In this document: positions 1-12,540 of the stretch, in pieces
Numbering within the stretch: the stretch's first letter is position 1
Layout of the letters: every line of letters starts with the position of its first letter
From: Octopus sinensis
Lineage: Eukaryota
DNA: 64,000 nucleotides
NCBI RefSeq assembly: GCF_006345805.1
Contig: NC_042999.1
Coordinates: 19,592,001 to 19,656,000 of the forward strand
Direction: 5' to 3'
Notes under the pieces: generated by a model
Seen by the model: the letters and a program-made list of their open reading frames with translations, nothing else
Told to the model about the DNA's origin: nothing
Database searches by the model: none
Translations under genes and position numbers: made by a program

Positions 1-36
1 TGAATGGAACAGGAAACTATATACATACATACATAC

Positions 37-67
<31 letters not shown>

Positions 68-72
68 CGTAC

Positions 73-112
<40 letters not shown>

Positions 113-847
113 TAATAAATAAATATGTGCATACATACATACATACATATATGTACGTACCTACATCTTCATGTATATATACCTGCATATATAAATATAT
201 ATACGTGTGTACAGGACACCACAAATAGACGTAGAACTCAATGAGAAATGAAAACAGCATGGAACGGCATAAAAACAGCATGGAACGGACCATTCCTTTA
301 ACAACGAAAAAACAGAGTACAAGACAGCTACACAAGGAAAAATCCCCTTCATCAGCCGTCCCTAGTTCAACTCCAGCGTGTTTCGAAGGTGTGGACAGAA
401 CACGTCTCGTCAAACTAATCCTTCCTGCGAAAGAATTAAATAAAATTCCTTTGCAGAGGGGTAAAAACAAGGGAAAAAAAATGTGACAAAAACAGGGCGT
501 AAAAACAATACAATTAAAAACAAATACAAAAAAATACAATTACAAAAAATACAGTACAAGAAGGAATAGAAACAGGACAGGAAAACAAATAAAGAGGGCC
601 TATAAGCCTAGACGAGGAAAAAAAGATTTTTTTCACGAGCGCAGGAAGAAATGCTAAAATTGGGAAAGCACACAATAAAAGTTCCCTCATTTCTTTCTAA
701 TTTTGACATAAGGCCAGGACCTTTGAAAGAAGCAGGAAGTTGTTTATATCAATGCCAGTATGCAACTCATACTTTATCAATATTCTAAAGGATGAAAGGC
801 AAACTAGGCCTCAGTGGCATTTGAATTTAAACTGTAGAGATCTGAAA

Positions 848-1234
848 GGTGCAGGAGTGGCTGTGTGGTAAGTAGCTTGCTTACCAACCACATGGTTCCG
901 TGTTCTGTCCCACTGCATGGCACCTTGGGAAGTGTCTTCTTCTACTATAGCCTCAGGTCGACCAACGCCTTGTGAGTGGATTTGTTAGATGGAATCTGAA
1001 AAATGCCTGTCATATATATGTATGTTTGTGTGCCTGTGTTTGTCCCACCAACATTGCTTGACAACCAATGCTGGTGCGTTTATGTCCCCATAACTTAGCG
1101 GTTTGGCAAAAGAGACCAATAGAATGAGTACTAGGCTTTCAAAGAATAAGCCCTGGGGTCGATTTGCTCGACTAAAGGCGGTGCTCCAGCATGGCCACAG
1201 TCAAATGACTGAAACAAGTAAAAGAGTAAAAGAG
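848..1234 (+). mobile_element. tRNA-derived SINE, family A (full length)
   Basis: Head GGYGCAGGAGTGGCTGTGTGGTAAG with A/B-box-like motifs, internal (TA)/(TG) microsatellite, 3' end GGCGGTGCTCCAGCATGGCCACAGTCAAATGACTGAAAC and (GAGTAAAA)n tail; about 15 similar copies in the window. Confidence 0.9.
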
Positions 1235-2900
1235 ATGCCACTAAGCATTTTGTCTGATATGGTAACCATCCAGCCAGATTGCTGCCTATTCATTTATTTT
1301 TTCCTTATTGAAAGTAAATGGATAAAGATATTAGGAACGGTATAATATTTATTCCTGAGAGAAATTATAAATTTGTTATTAAAATCGCTGTCATTTATTA
1401 TTCATGTAAAATCCACACCAACTTAAATTAATGTTCTAAATTATTGGAAGTAAAACTCAGCCTTTTGCAAACTTGTAATAAATCATACCAGCAAAACAGA
1501 TGAAAGATATACAGCTCTATTCCAACTGCATTTGATTGCTGTTCTAATATACCATTAAATATTATTTACTTCGTGCTTGTGAGGGTGTATGGTATTTGAC
1601 ATTGATCATTTTGAATTATGTTATTAGTGTTGTTTAATACTAACATCGGTTCTGTTCAAAGAGTTCTGTGATCAAAGACTTTTCACCTCCGATCATCTAA
1701 TTATTAAGTATATCAAGGACTTTGTCATCCAATGTGTTTTGATTTACTGTAAGTTTGTTTGGCATGATATGATTCAACTATTTCTTGTGAGTCAAGAGAC
1801 TCTGCAGACACTCTCATGTCAGCTTGTAGTGATGTATTTCTTTGGCCAAAGGCACCAGAGTTCTTTTTCTTTGCATTAATAAAAAAACAAATCTTTCAGG
1901 TTGTGGGCTGCAAGAATTGTTAGGGCATTAGAAAAATTGCTTCATGTTATTTATTTCAATTCTTTATATTCTGAGATCAAATCCTGCCAATGGCAACTTT
2001 CTCATTCATTTCAAATAAAGTAAGCATTGGCAGACACGTTAGCATGCCAGGCAAAATGCTTAGTGGTATTTCGTCTGTCTTTATGTTTTAAGTGGTGCTC
2101 CAGCATGACCGCAGTCAAATGACTGAAACAAGTAAATGAGTAAAAAGAGTAAAGGAGAGTACTGGTGGGTCAATAGTTTTACTGAAACCCCTCCTCTCAA
2201 AATTTCTAGTCTAGTACATACCATATTTGCTGGCTTATAAGACGTACGTTTTTTACCCAAAAATGGCCTTAAAAATCCCCCTGTGTCCAATGCATTCAAT
2301 GTAGGTTCAAAATTCACTCAAAACGGTATGTATGTTTACAAAATGTGTGCTGCCATCTACTGGTGAACAATCGCCTATGGTATGTTTATATCGAATGTGA
2401 TTGCAATAAATTACTTATAATTACCGGTAATAACATAAAGTTATACAGGTAAGTGTAGGTCTTAACCCAGTTGTTGTTGTTGTTGGAAAATGAGTGTCAT
2501 GTCCTCGGAGTGTGCAATTTCGGATATATCAAAATAAGAATTTTGAAAGAAGTTTCTATAAAGCTAATTTTTAGACATCGAATGACTATGGGGATCCACC
2601 AGAAAAAAAACAGTTATCAAAGGGGTCCATAGATAAAAAATGGTTTGAGAACCCTTGTCTTAAATCTTTCTCTTTTCCGTTGTCTTTCTAGTGGTACCCA
2701 TTGATCAAAGGTGAAAAGTCTTTGATCAAATAAAAGCAATCTTGGGTGTTCATGTTTCTGGTTGTTGGAAAACATGACCTGCAAGTCTCATTCATCTTCT
2801 TACCTTAATCTCCTGCAGACTGCACTGATTAGATCTTCTCAAGACTGTATAGCTTCATTATAAATAATGTTTAGGATTTAATCTCCTCAAACCTTCAAGA

Positions 2901-3127
2901 TTTACTCTTTTACTCTTTTACTTGTTTCAGTCATTTGACTGTGGCCATGCTGGAGCACCGCCTTTAGTCAACTGAGCAAATCGACCCCAGGACTTATTCT
3001 TTGTAAGCCTAGTACTTATTCTATCAGTCTCCTTTGCCGAACTGCTAAGTTATGGGGATATAAACACACCAGCATTGGTTGCCAAGTGATGTTCAGGGGA
3101 CAAACACAAACACATACACACACATAC

Positions 3128-3190
<63 letters not shown>

Positions 3191-3687
3191 TATGGTGGGC
3201 TTCTTTGAGTTTCCGTCTACCAAATCCACTCACAAGGCTTTGGTTGGCCCGAGGCTATAGTAGAAGACACTTGCTCAAGGTGCCACACTGCATGGCACCT
3301 TGGGCAAGTGTCTTCTACTATAGCCTCAGGTCGACCGAAGCCTTGTGAGTGGATTTGGTAGAAGGAAACTGAAAGAAGCGCGTCGTATATATGTATATAT
3401 GTGTGTGTGTGTGTGTGTGTTGTGTGTGTGCGTGTGTGTGTGTGTGTGTGCGTGTGTATGTGTTTGTTTGTGTGTCTGTGTTTGTCCCCCCAACATTGCT
3501 TGACAACCGATGCTGGTGTGTTTACATCCCAGTAACTTAGCAGTTTGGCAAAAGAGGCTGATAGAATAAGTGCTAGGCTTACAAAGAATAAGTCCTGGGG
3601 TCGATTTGTTCGACTAAAGGTGATGCTCCAGCATGGCAACAGTCACATGACTGAAACAAATAAAAGAGTAAAAGAGTAAAGAGAGTA
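2901..3687. mobile_element. Head-to-head inverted pair of 5'-truncated family A SINEs
   Basis: Minus-strand copy 2901-3288 is joined directly to plus-strand copy 3290-3687; both lack the tRNA head. Confidence 0.9.
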
Positions 3688-3854
3688 GTCTAAACCAGCA
3701 TAAAAAGATATATACAAAATGAAAGAATAGATAATCATAGAATCTTGAAAGAATTTAGTGAAATATTTCATTTTAACATTACTGAGACAGTTTTAAGGTT
3801 CTAAAATAAAACTAATATATTTTTTATTTCAATAATATTACATTGAGGTTTTAA

Positions 3855-4075
3855 CCCTTTCGTTACCATATTTATTTTGAGATGCTCTGTGTTTCTTTCA
3901 ATTATTTGAAATATAACAAAGAATTTAGTAAAATAACTTAGTTATCATTAAACTAGTGTTAGGAACATAACTTGTGACTAAGGTTTGGTGGAAGATTTTA
4001 ATTCAAAACTTATGAAAGCAAAACATTTGTACTACAGAGCCAGAGCCGGTTTCAGCCGGGTTGGTAACGAAAGGG
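3855..4075. mobile_element. piggyBac-like MITE
   Basis: Perfect 14-bp TIR CCCTTTCGTTACCA/TGGTAACGAAAGGG with TTAA on both sides. Confidence 0.9.
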
Positions 4076-4284
4076 TTAAGGTTCTAAAATAAAACTGTAA
4101 TATATTTTTTATTTCAATAATATTACATTGAAGCAAGAAGTGTTTTTGATCACCTCTGATTTATTGAGCAAGGCTTGGTCTCAAACATATTGGTGTCAAA
4201 AAGGGTCAACTCTTTTCACACTAATGCTGTACAGATATTGAAAATAATATGAACTCTTTTGTAAAACAATTTATTATGACCTCA

Positions 4285-4620
4285 GGTCATTGCCTGACTG
4301 GCCCCCATGCTGTGGCATGTAAAAGGGCACCATTCAAGTGTGATCGTTACCAACGTTACCTTACTGGCACCTGTACCGGTGGCATATGTAAAAAGATTCA
4401 AGCGAGATCATTGCCAGTACCACCTAATTGGCCCCCATGCCGGTGGCACATAAAAAGCACCCATGGCGTTAGGAAGGGTATCCAGCTGTAGAAAGTCTGC
4501 CAGATCAAGATTGGAGCCTGGTACAGCCATCTGGTTCACCAGCCCTCAGTCAAAATGGTCCGATCCATGCTAGCATGGAAAGCGGACGTTAAACTATGAT
4601 GATGAGGAGGATGATGATGT
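4285..4620 (+). mobile_element. Family B 3' end
   Basis: GGCACATAAAAAGCACC units, CCATGCTAGCATGG, (GAT)n tail. Confidence 0.8.
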
Positions 4621-5519
4621 TGTGATGTATGATTAAACACAAAATTCTTCAAAGTGACTGAATGCACACATATTTTGTTAGGCTGACACACTGAGCAGAA
4701 AAAGAACTTCCCTTTCATTTTTCCAGAACATTCATGATATTAATTCTCCTCTCTAAGAACTGATTTATGTAAACTTGGAGTGCTTTTCTGTAACTTCTTC
4801 AGTATATATTAATCTAATTACATTAGCATACATTTGTTCAAAAATATTTGTCCAAAAAGTGCTGGTTGTTTTATGCATCTTCAAATATTTTTTTTCATTA
4901 CTTCAGGTTAAAGTATTTTATTTCTTTCTTAAATCTTTATATTGTTTCAGAAGAAGCATGGCAGTAAATAAAACACAATAAAAAAATATTTCGAAAAAAA
5001 AAAATAAATGAAATAAAATCAATATTTTAAAAAGAACTGATGAAAAATATTCCTTTTTATTACGTGCTGAATTGTCAAAGAATGCTGCAACTAGGGCATC
5101 TGATTTGATGTCTGTTCAATAACCTAACTACAGCAAATATTTGAGTTGCCTACAGAAATTTCATGTACTTTTGAAAAGTTTATTCCAAATCTCTATGGAT
5201 TTATTTGCGAAATATAAAACATAAAAAACGGCATAATATATAAAACACCATGTGTCACAAATAATTTTTCCATTTTCTTATATTTCAGCGTAAAGATTTC
5301 ATTGACAAAATTAGCATAAAACGTTCAATGCTTTTGAGACGCAACATGAACATAAGTGTAGTGTGCCATTTTATTACAGTTTCATTGAGTATCTTTGAGA
5401 AGTTACGTCTTTGTTTCTATGCTAATTATGAAGAAATCTGGTAAATTATATCATGTACCTAATCTAGTGAGTTCTGGAGAATTTTAAATCTATTCTTTTC
5501 TTATACAAATTAATGACAT

Positions 5520-6120
5520 GCATAGCCCCACTGTTTGAGCCAGCCTACGTATGCATACCTTCCCTTCTTGGGACACAAAACTCTACTTGTGAAGACGTGT
5601 TGAGGCAAGTGAGGATCAGAATCGAAATCGATCAATGGAAATTGCGGATGTGTTACCAGTGCCGGTGGCATGTCGAAACTCTACTTGTGAAGACCCGTTG
5701 AGGCAAGTGAGGATCAGAATCGAAATCGATCAATGGAAATCGATCAATGGAAATTGAAGATGTGTTACCAGTGCTGGTGGCATGTAAGAGAACTTTCCGT
5801 TTCACGACCGTTGCCAGCACCGCCCCGTTTCGTGTCCGTTGCCAGCCTCGCCTGGCCCTCGTGCCGGTGGCACATAAAAAGCACCATCCATTCGTGGCCG
5901 TTTGCCAGCTCTGTCTGGCACCAGTGCGGGTGGCACGTAAAAAGCACCCACTACACTCACGGAGTGGTTGGCGTTAGGAAGGGCATCCAGCCGTAGAAAC
6001 ACTGCCAGATTTGACTGGGCCTGATGAAGCCTTCTGGCTTCACAGACCCCAGTAGAACCGTCCAACCCATGCTAGCATGGAAAACGGACGCTAAACGACG
6101 ATGATGATGATGATGATGAT
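5520..6120 (+). mobile_element. Family B 3' end with internal duplication
   Basis: As above; segment 5578-5672 is duplicated at about 5677-5785. Confidence 0.8.
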
Positions 6121-6327
6121 GGTATGGCTGTGGCGTATAGAAGTTTGCATAGTAGCAACATGGTTTGGTATTGTTTTCAGTTCCTTTGTGTGGTATCTTT
6201 TTGAAATGTTTATAACCATAGCTCTTGAGTAACCAATGGTTTGTGAGTGGAATTCATTGGCAAAAACTATGCAGAAGCCTGGTAGAAGTATGTGTATGTA
6301 TCTGTGTGAGTGAATATGTATGTGTAC

Positions 6328-6379
<52 letters not shown>

Positions 6380-6597
6380 TATATGTATATATAAGAGATA
6401 ATGGTGTCATTGAGACCCAAAGGTGTCAGGTAATGCTGAATAAGTGCTATAGACAGACTATAGTTAAGTTCCAGATTCAGTAATATTGCGAATAAAGGTT
6501 CAACATTGGTTCTATGTCAGCATGTGTATATAAGAATTTTTGTGTAATAAGATAAAAAACTAAGACTGTATAGATATTACTATGACTTAATTTTTCC

Positions 6598-6647
6598 TCT
6601 CTGATGAAGGGATATTATGAATTAATATCCTAGAAACAGCTGTAAGA
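6598..6647 (+). ncRNA. Minimal type I hammerhead ribozyme motif
   Basis: TCT-CTGATGA-A-GGGATATTA tgaat TAATATCCT-A-GAAA-CAGCTG-TA-AGA: canonical core boxes, 9-bp stem II, palindromic helix III. Confidence 0.7.
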
Positions 6648-6712
6648 CCTATCTATAAATGCTCTAATATCTATACAGCCTTGGTTTTTTATCTTATTAT
6701 GCAAAAAATTCT

Positions 6713-6769
<57 letters not shown>

Positions 6770-7061
6770 ATATGATGGACAGTCCCTTTGAAGACGACAC
6801 ATGAGCATTCAGCTTTTGCTGATCAAACTGGACAAATGATTTGTTTATAGTGATCAAAGCTTGTGCCACACTTTAGCTCAGTCTCTTTATCAAATCGACG
6901 TTGCCTGAACAGGTTCACATGCGTCAGGTGTCAAAGTGATTGCAGAAAAAAATGAGATGAACTATTTTGCTCAAGAACACAGCACAACACCTGGTCTAAG
7001 AATTGAACTCACGATTGCTAGATAGTGAGGGCAACACCCTAAACACTAGGCCATGTGCCCT

Positions 7062-7600
7062 CATCATTATGATGATGATGATGATCATCATCATCATCAT
7101 CATCATCATCATTATCATCATCATCATCATCATCATCATTGTTTAACATCCGCTTTCCATGCTGGCATGAGTTAGACGGTTTGACTGGGGACTGGCAAAC
7201 CAGGAGGCTGCACCAGGCTCCAATCTGATCTGGCAAGGTTTCTACAACTGAATGCTTTTTCTAACAGTAACTACTCTGAGAATGTAGTGGGTGCTTTTTA
7301 TGTGCCACCAGCACAGGGGCCAGTCAGGTGGCACTGGCATCAACCATGCTCGAATGGTGTTTTTTATGTGCCACCAGCATGGGAGTCAGTTAGGTGGTAC
7401 TGGCATCATCCACGCTTGAATGCTGCTTTTTACATGCAACTAGCACAGGTGCTAGTCAAGTGGCCCTGGCATCAGCCACTACTACGATTTCACTTGACTC
7501 AACAGGTTTTCTCATGTACAGCATATTGCCCGATGATCAAATAGTTCTTTTAAACAGGCCAGTTATGTGACACAGACATCAGCCATGGTCACAATCTCAT
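7062..7600 (-). mobile_element. Family B 3' end
   Basis: (CAT)n followed by reverse family B sequence. Confidence 0.8.
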
Positions 7601-7664
7601 TTTGATCCGACCTTGTATACTTAAAAAACAAAGAAAAAATATCCACCAGTATTTTTCTTTTCTA

Positions 7665-7872
7665 TTCTTAGCACAAAGCCCAAAATTTTAGGCGGGGGGG
7701 GGGCAGCCAATTAGATCAACCCCAGTATGCAACTGGTGCTTAATTTATCGACCCTGAAAGGATAAAAGGCAAAGTCAACCTCAGCAGAATTTGAACTCAG
7801 AACATAAAAACGGACGAAATACTGTTAAGCATTTCGCCTAGCGTGCTAACATTTCTGTTAGCTTGCTGCCTC
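7665..7872 (-). mobile_element. tRNA-derived SINE, family C
   Basis: Reverse of head GGCRAGCTRGCAGAAA..TTAGCACG...GAGTTCAAATTC (B box) plus core GACTTTGCCTTTCATCCTTTC.GGGTCGATAAATTAAGTACC, which resembles the Nin/Deu-type SINE domain (from memory). Confidence 0.8.
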
Positions 7873-8306
7873 ATCCAGCAGTATTATTGTAAGATATTGC
7901 TAGGATCAAAACTGAGAAGAACATTGAACTGAGAAAAGAAAGTAGCAAACTTTGGTGTTTATTTTTTATACTAGGTACAACTTTTTTTTACTATTATTAT
8001 CGTATTCATCTTTCTTGTGTGTTAATTTTTTCTAATGAAATCCGATAAATCAATATCAGATTATTAATTCAGTGTTTGAAGTAATTTTTATTTATTTATA
8101 TTTTATTTTATTTATTTGAATTTTTGTATTTTTTTATTTATGATAAAAAGTTAAATTCAAAGAAACCACTGAATCAAACTCCTCTTTCTCTCTCCCTTTC
8201 TCTCTCTCCTCTCTCTCTCTCTCTCTGACTCTCTTTATGCTTGTGTAGTTCTGTGTGTGTGTGTGTGTGTGTGTGATCATAAGAAAGGTAGTGGCGTTGT
8301 TAATAG

Positions 8307-8360
8307 TGGTGGTGGTGGTGGTGGTGGTGGTGGTGGTGGTGGTGATGATGATGATGATTG

Positions 8361-8406
<46 letters not shown>

Positions 8407-8530
8407 GGTGATGATGATGATGATGATGATGATGGTGTTGATGATGATCGTGATGATGATGATTGTGATGGTGTTGATGATGATCGTGATGATGATGATT
8501 GTGATGATGATGATGGTGATGATTGTGATG

Positions 8531-8562
<32 letters not shown>

Positions 8563-8601
8563 GATGATTGTGATGATGATGATGATGATGATGATGGTGT
8601 G

Positions 8602-8633
<32 letters not shown>

Positions 8634-8745
8634 GATGATGATGATTATGATGATGACAAAGACGATGATGATGATGATGATGATGATGAGGTGGTGGTGA
8701 TGGTGGTGGTGATGGTGATGATGATGATGATGATGATGATGGTGT

Positions 8746-8792
<47 letters not shown>

Positions 8793-8817
8793 GTGATGAT
8801 GATGATGGTGATGATTG

Positions 8818-8863
<46 letters not shown>

Positions 8864-8905
8864 GATGATTGATGAAGATGATAATGATGGACATTATGAT
8901 GATGG
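8307..8905. repeat. (GGT)n/(GAT)n microsatellite
   Basis: Direct inspection; similar tracts at 9295-9535, 14660-15070 and 24200-24620. Confidence 0.95.
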
Positions 8906-9348
8906 TTGTGGTGGAAACATTTCAATGAAAGTCACAATTGCAAGAATTGTATTTCTTTGGATTTCAGACACATACATTAATGAACGTAATCTGAAGAATT
9001 CATTGAGAATAATGGTCTATGGCAGTTAATTAATTTAGTAATGAGGTAAAAATGAAAGAAAGAAATCGAAGTACCTTGGTGTGTTGTGAGAGAAAATATT
9101 CAATGTTTTCCGTTGAGCCTTTCAGTAGAGGAAAATGCTAATTACCAAATGAAGGGATCTGTCCAAGACAAATGCTTCTTCTCATGCCTCACAGTCAAAT
9201 TACTAATGAGCCAAATCGAGACTATATATATATATGGTGGCTTGATCTGCTAGAAATAGCAATAAAATCTCTCTTATTTCTTACCCTAGTCACATCAGCA
9301 TCATCATTGTCATCATCATCATTGTCATCATTATCATCATCATCTTCG

Positions 9349-9383
<35 letters not shown>

Positions 9384-9519
9384 GTCATCATCATCATCAC
9401 CATCACCATCACCACCACCACCGCCATCACCAAAACAATCATCATCATCATCATCATCATCGTTGTCATCATTGTCATCATCACCATCATCATCACTACC
9501 ACCACAACCAAAACCATCA

Positions 9520-9870
9520 CCATCATCATCATCGTTTAATGTTTGTTGTCTGTGCTGGCATGGGTTTGATGGTTTGAGCAGGGTTGGCCAGCTGAAGGGC
9601 TGCACCAGGCTCCAGTCTGATTTGACATGGTTTCTATGGCTAGATGCCATTTCCTAACACCAACCCCTTTACAGCGTGTGCTGGGCACTTTTACATGACA
9701 CCATATTGATGCCTGCTGCGTGACACCAATATCTGCCATGACTGTGATTTCACTTTACTTGATGGATCTTGTTCTCATGCACAACATACTGCCAAAGGCC
9801 TTGAGCATTTGTCATTGCCTCCATGCGGCCCAATGCTCAAAAGGTGCTTTTTGCATGCCACCAGCATGTA
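9520..9870 (-). mobile_element. Family B 3' end (diverged)
   Basis: (CAT)n followed by reverse family B sequence. Confidence 0.7.
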
Positions 9871-9909
9871 AAATATACATAGTGGATTGATATAGTTTTA
9901 TCCTTAAAA

Positions 9910-10308
9910 CTAGCAGTATCGACCGGCATTGCTCGGGTTTGTTTTCGACCCTTTAGCATTGGAATTTTTGAAAAGTAAAAATTTCGCATTATGTAGCTTG
10001 TTATTCTCTTTAAGGGAACAGTTTTTTGGTTGAAATACACCGAAAAATGGCGACACAGCAGTAAAAAAATCGTAAAAAATAGGGATCGTCATAGAAAAAA
10101 AGCACCTTTTTGATGTAAATAATTTTTGGTGTTAACATGGTCCGATTTGAATTTTTTCTTCTAAGGAAGGAAGAGCAAGCCTTCTTCTATCATTCTCTCA
10201 ATTTTGGTCAACTTGTGCCACAGGATCTCGTAGGAAATAGTGTTAGTTGAAGGCTACCAAACATGCTACACACACACACAGACAACTTCAGCTTTATATA
10301 GAGAGAGA
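9910..10308 (-). mobile_element. Non-autonomous Helitron
   Basis: Minus strand starts TC and ends CTAG, lies between A and T, and has a subterminal GC hairpin (CCCGAGCAATGCCGG); second copy at 30816. Confidence 0.85.
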
Positions 10309-10569
10309 TAAGATAAGGTGAGCAAATTATGGTTGAATTGCCTTTAATCATGGATCTGTTCAATCAGGGCTGACTTGGCACTAATCAACATCCAGAAACA
10401 TGAGATAATAAGGAATGCCAAAAGAACTAAAGAATATAATGTAGAATACCAAAGTTTGTCACACAGAAAAAAATTCTTCTTAAGTTTGTTTGACAGGGTT
10501 GATTTTCAAACGATATCCAGTTTGTTTAGGGCTAACCATGGTTTGGCTCCCTGAGTTTTTACAGCCTTT

Positions 10570-10665
10570 TCAGATGAGGCTGTCTCAGTAGAATCAGTCC
10601 TTTTCTATGGAGCAACAGCATGGACATTTACCAAAAAACTGGAATCCAAGCCAGATGGAACTTTA
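10570..10665 (+). pseudogene. RTE-clade RT C-terminal fragment
   Basis: Translates as SVESVLFYGATAWTFTKKLESKPDGT, like the RTE motif VESVLLYGxExWTLT..LE..LDG. Confidence 0.65.
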
Positions 10666-10789
10666 TTTATCTTTCTGGATGTGATGTCTTTTCTAATGAA
10701 ATCTGATAAATCAATACCAGGTTATTAATTCACTGTTTGAAGTATTTTTATTTATTTTGTATTTTATTTATTTGTATTTTTTTATTTAT

Positions 10790-11054
10790 ACTTTTATTCT
10801 TTTATTTGTTTCAGTCATTTGACTGCAGCCATGCTGGAGCACCACCTTTAGTCGAGCAAATCAACCCCAGGACTTATTCTTTGTAAGCCTAGGACATTTT
10901 CTATTGGTCTCTCTTGCCAAACCACTAAGTTATGGAGATGTAAACACACCAGCATTGGTTGTCAAGTGATGTTGGGGGGGGGACAAACACAGACACACAA
11001 ATATATACATACATATATATATACATACATATGTATATGTGTATATATATTTAT

Positions 11055-11086
<32 letters not shown>

Positions 11087-11966
11087 GACCAGAGACCGAG
11101 ACCTATGGAAGTATGCTGTGCGTGAGAAGACCCGGCAAGACCAGTGAGAACAATCAAAATCAAATCATATATCAGAAAGCAGGGGTTAAGTGACCCATCC
11201 ATTCGTGTCCGCTGTCAGCCTCGTCTGGCACCCGTGCCGGTGATATGTAAAAGCACCATTCGCTCATGGCCGTTTGCCAGCTCTGCCTGGCCCCGTGTCG
11301 GTGGCACATAAAAGCACCATCCGTTCGTGTTCGTTGCCAGCCTCGCCTGGCCCCGTGCCGGTGACACATAAAAGCACCGTCCGTTCGTGGCCGTTTGCCA
11401 GCTCTGTCTGGCCCCGTGTCGGTGGCACGTAAAAGCACCGTCCGCTCGTGGCCGGTTGCCAGCTCTGTCTGGCCCCGTGTCGGTGGCACGTAAAAGCACC
11501 ATCCGTTCGTGGCCGTTTGCCAGCTCTGCCTGGCCCCGTGCCGGTGACATGTAAAAAGCACCATCCGTTCATGGCCGTTCGCCAGCTCTGTCTGGCACCT
11601 GTGCAGGTGGCACGTAAAAAACACCCACTACACTCGCGGAGTGGTTGGCGTTAGGAAAGGCATCCAGCCGTAGAAACACTGCCAGATCTGACTGGGCCTG
11701 ACGAAGCCTTCCAGCTTCACAGACCCGTCCAACCCATGCTAGCATGGAAAGCGGACGCTAAACGATGATGATGATGATGATGATGATATATATATATATA
11801 CACACACAACAAGCCTCTTTCAGTTTCCATCTACCCAATCCACTCACAAGGCTTTGGTCAGCCCAAGGCTATAGTAGAAGACATTTGCCCAAGGTGCCAC
11901 ACAGTGGGAATGAACCCGGAATCATGTGTTTTGTAAGCAAGCTACTTACCACACAGCCACTCCTGC
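10790..11966 (-). mobile_element. Family A SINE split by an RTE 3'-end insertion
   Basis: 3' half at 10790-11085 and 5' half at 11815-11966, interrupted in its (TA)n tract. Confidence 0.85.
11087..11787 (+). mobile_element. 5'-truncated RTE-like LINE 3' end (family B) with internal VNTR
   Basis: Begins with ORF-end-like [19 protein letters not shown], then about seven ~60-bp tandem units, GGTTGGCGTTAGGAAAGGCATCCAG, CCATGCTAGCATGG hairpin and (GAT)n tail. Confidence 0.8.
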
Positions 11967-12239
11967 ACATTACAGAGGTTTTAACATGATGGTTATCCTG
12001 AAGCAGAAAGCAAACTGTTCAGTGCTAATGCCTGTGTAGAAAATCGATGCTAAAACAATATTATCCTTAGCTGCTTTGTTACAAAATGGAGTAAAGTAAT
12101 TGATTGGAATAATTCTGATGAATAATCAATTTCATTCTTTTCTAGAAATAACAATGATCCCTTTTGAATAGATTTAAGGGAGAGAAAGAGAGAGAGATGA
12201 TATGATTCACCCCATAATCTTCTTATATATGTGTTAACG

Positions 12240-12540
12240 TGGAATTGTAGTTGTGATCCCTGTGCCGGTGGCATGTAAAAAGCACCATCCAAATGTGGCC
12301 GATGCCAGTGCCACCTGGCACGTAAAAAGCACTCACTACACTCACGGAGTGGTTGGCGTTAGGAAGGGCATCCAGCTGTAGAAACACTGCCAGATCGGAT
12401 TAGTGCCTGGTGCAACCTTCTGGCTTCCCAGATCCCCAGTCGAACCGTCCAACCCATGCTAGTATGGAAAATGGACGTTAAACGATCGTGATGATGATGA
12501 TGATGAGGATGATGATGATGTTGATGATGATGATGATGAT
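12240..12540 (+). mobile_element. Family B 3' end
   Basis: Family motifs and (GAT)n tail. Confidence 0.8.

Noticed and set aside
8134-9029. Long poly-His/Asp/Ser/Met ORFs (also 14471-15103 and 24201-24708)
   Set aside because: Translations of trinucleotide microsatellites, open in several frames on both strands
11195-11625. CRISPR-like array of ~60-bp repeats
   Set aside because: Units are contiguous with no unique spacers, there are no cas genes, and the array is part of a dispersed eukaryotic retroelement
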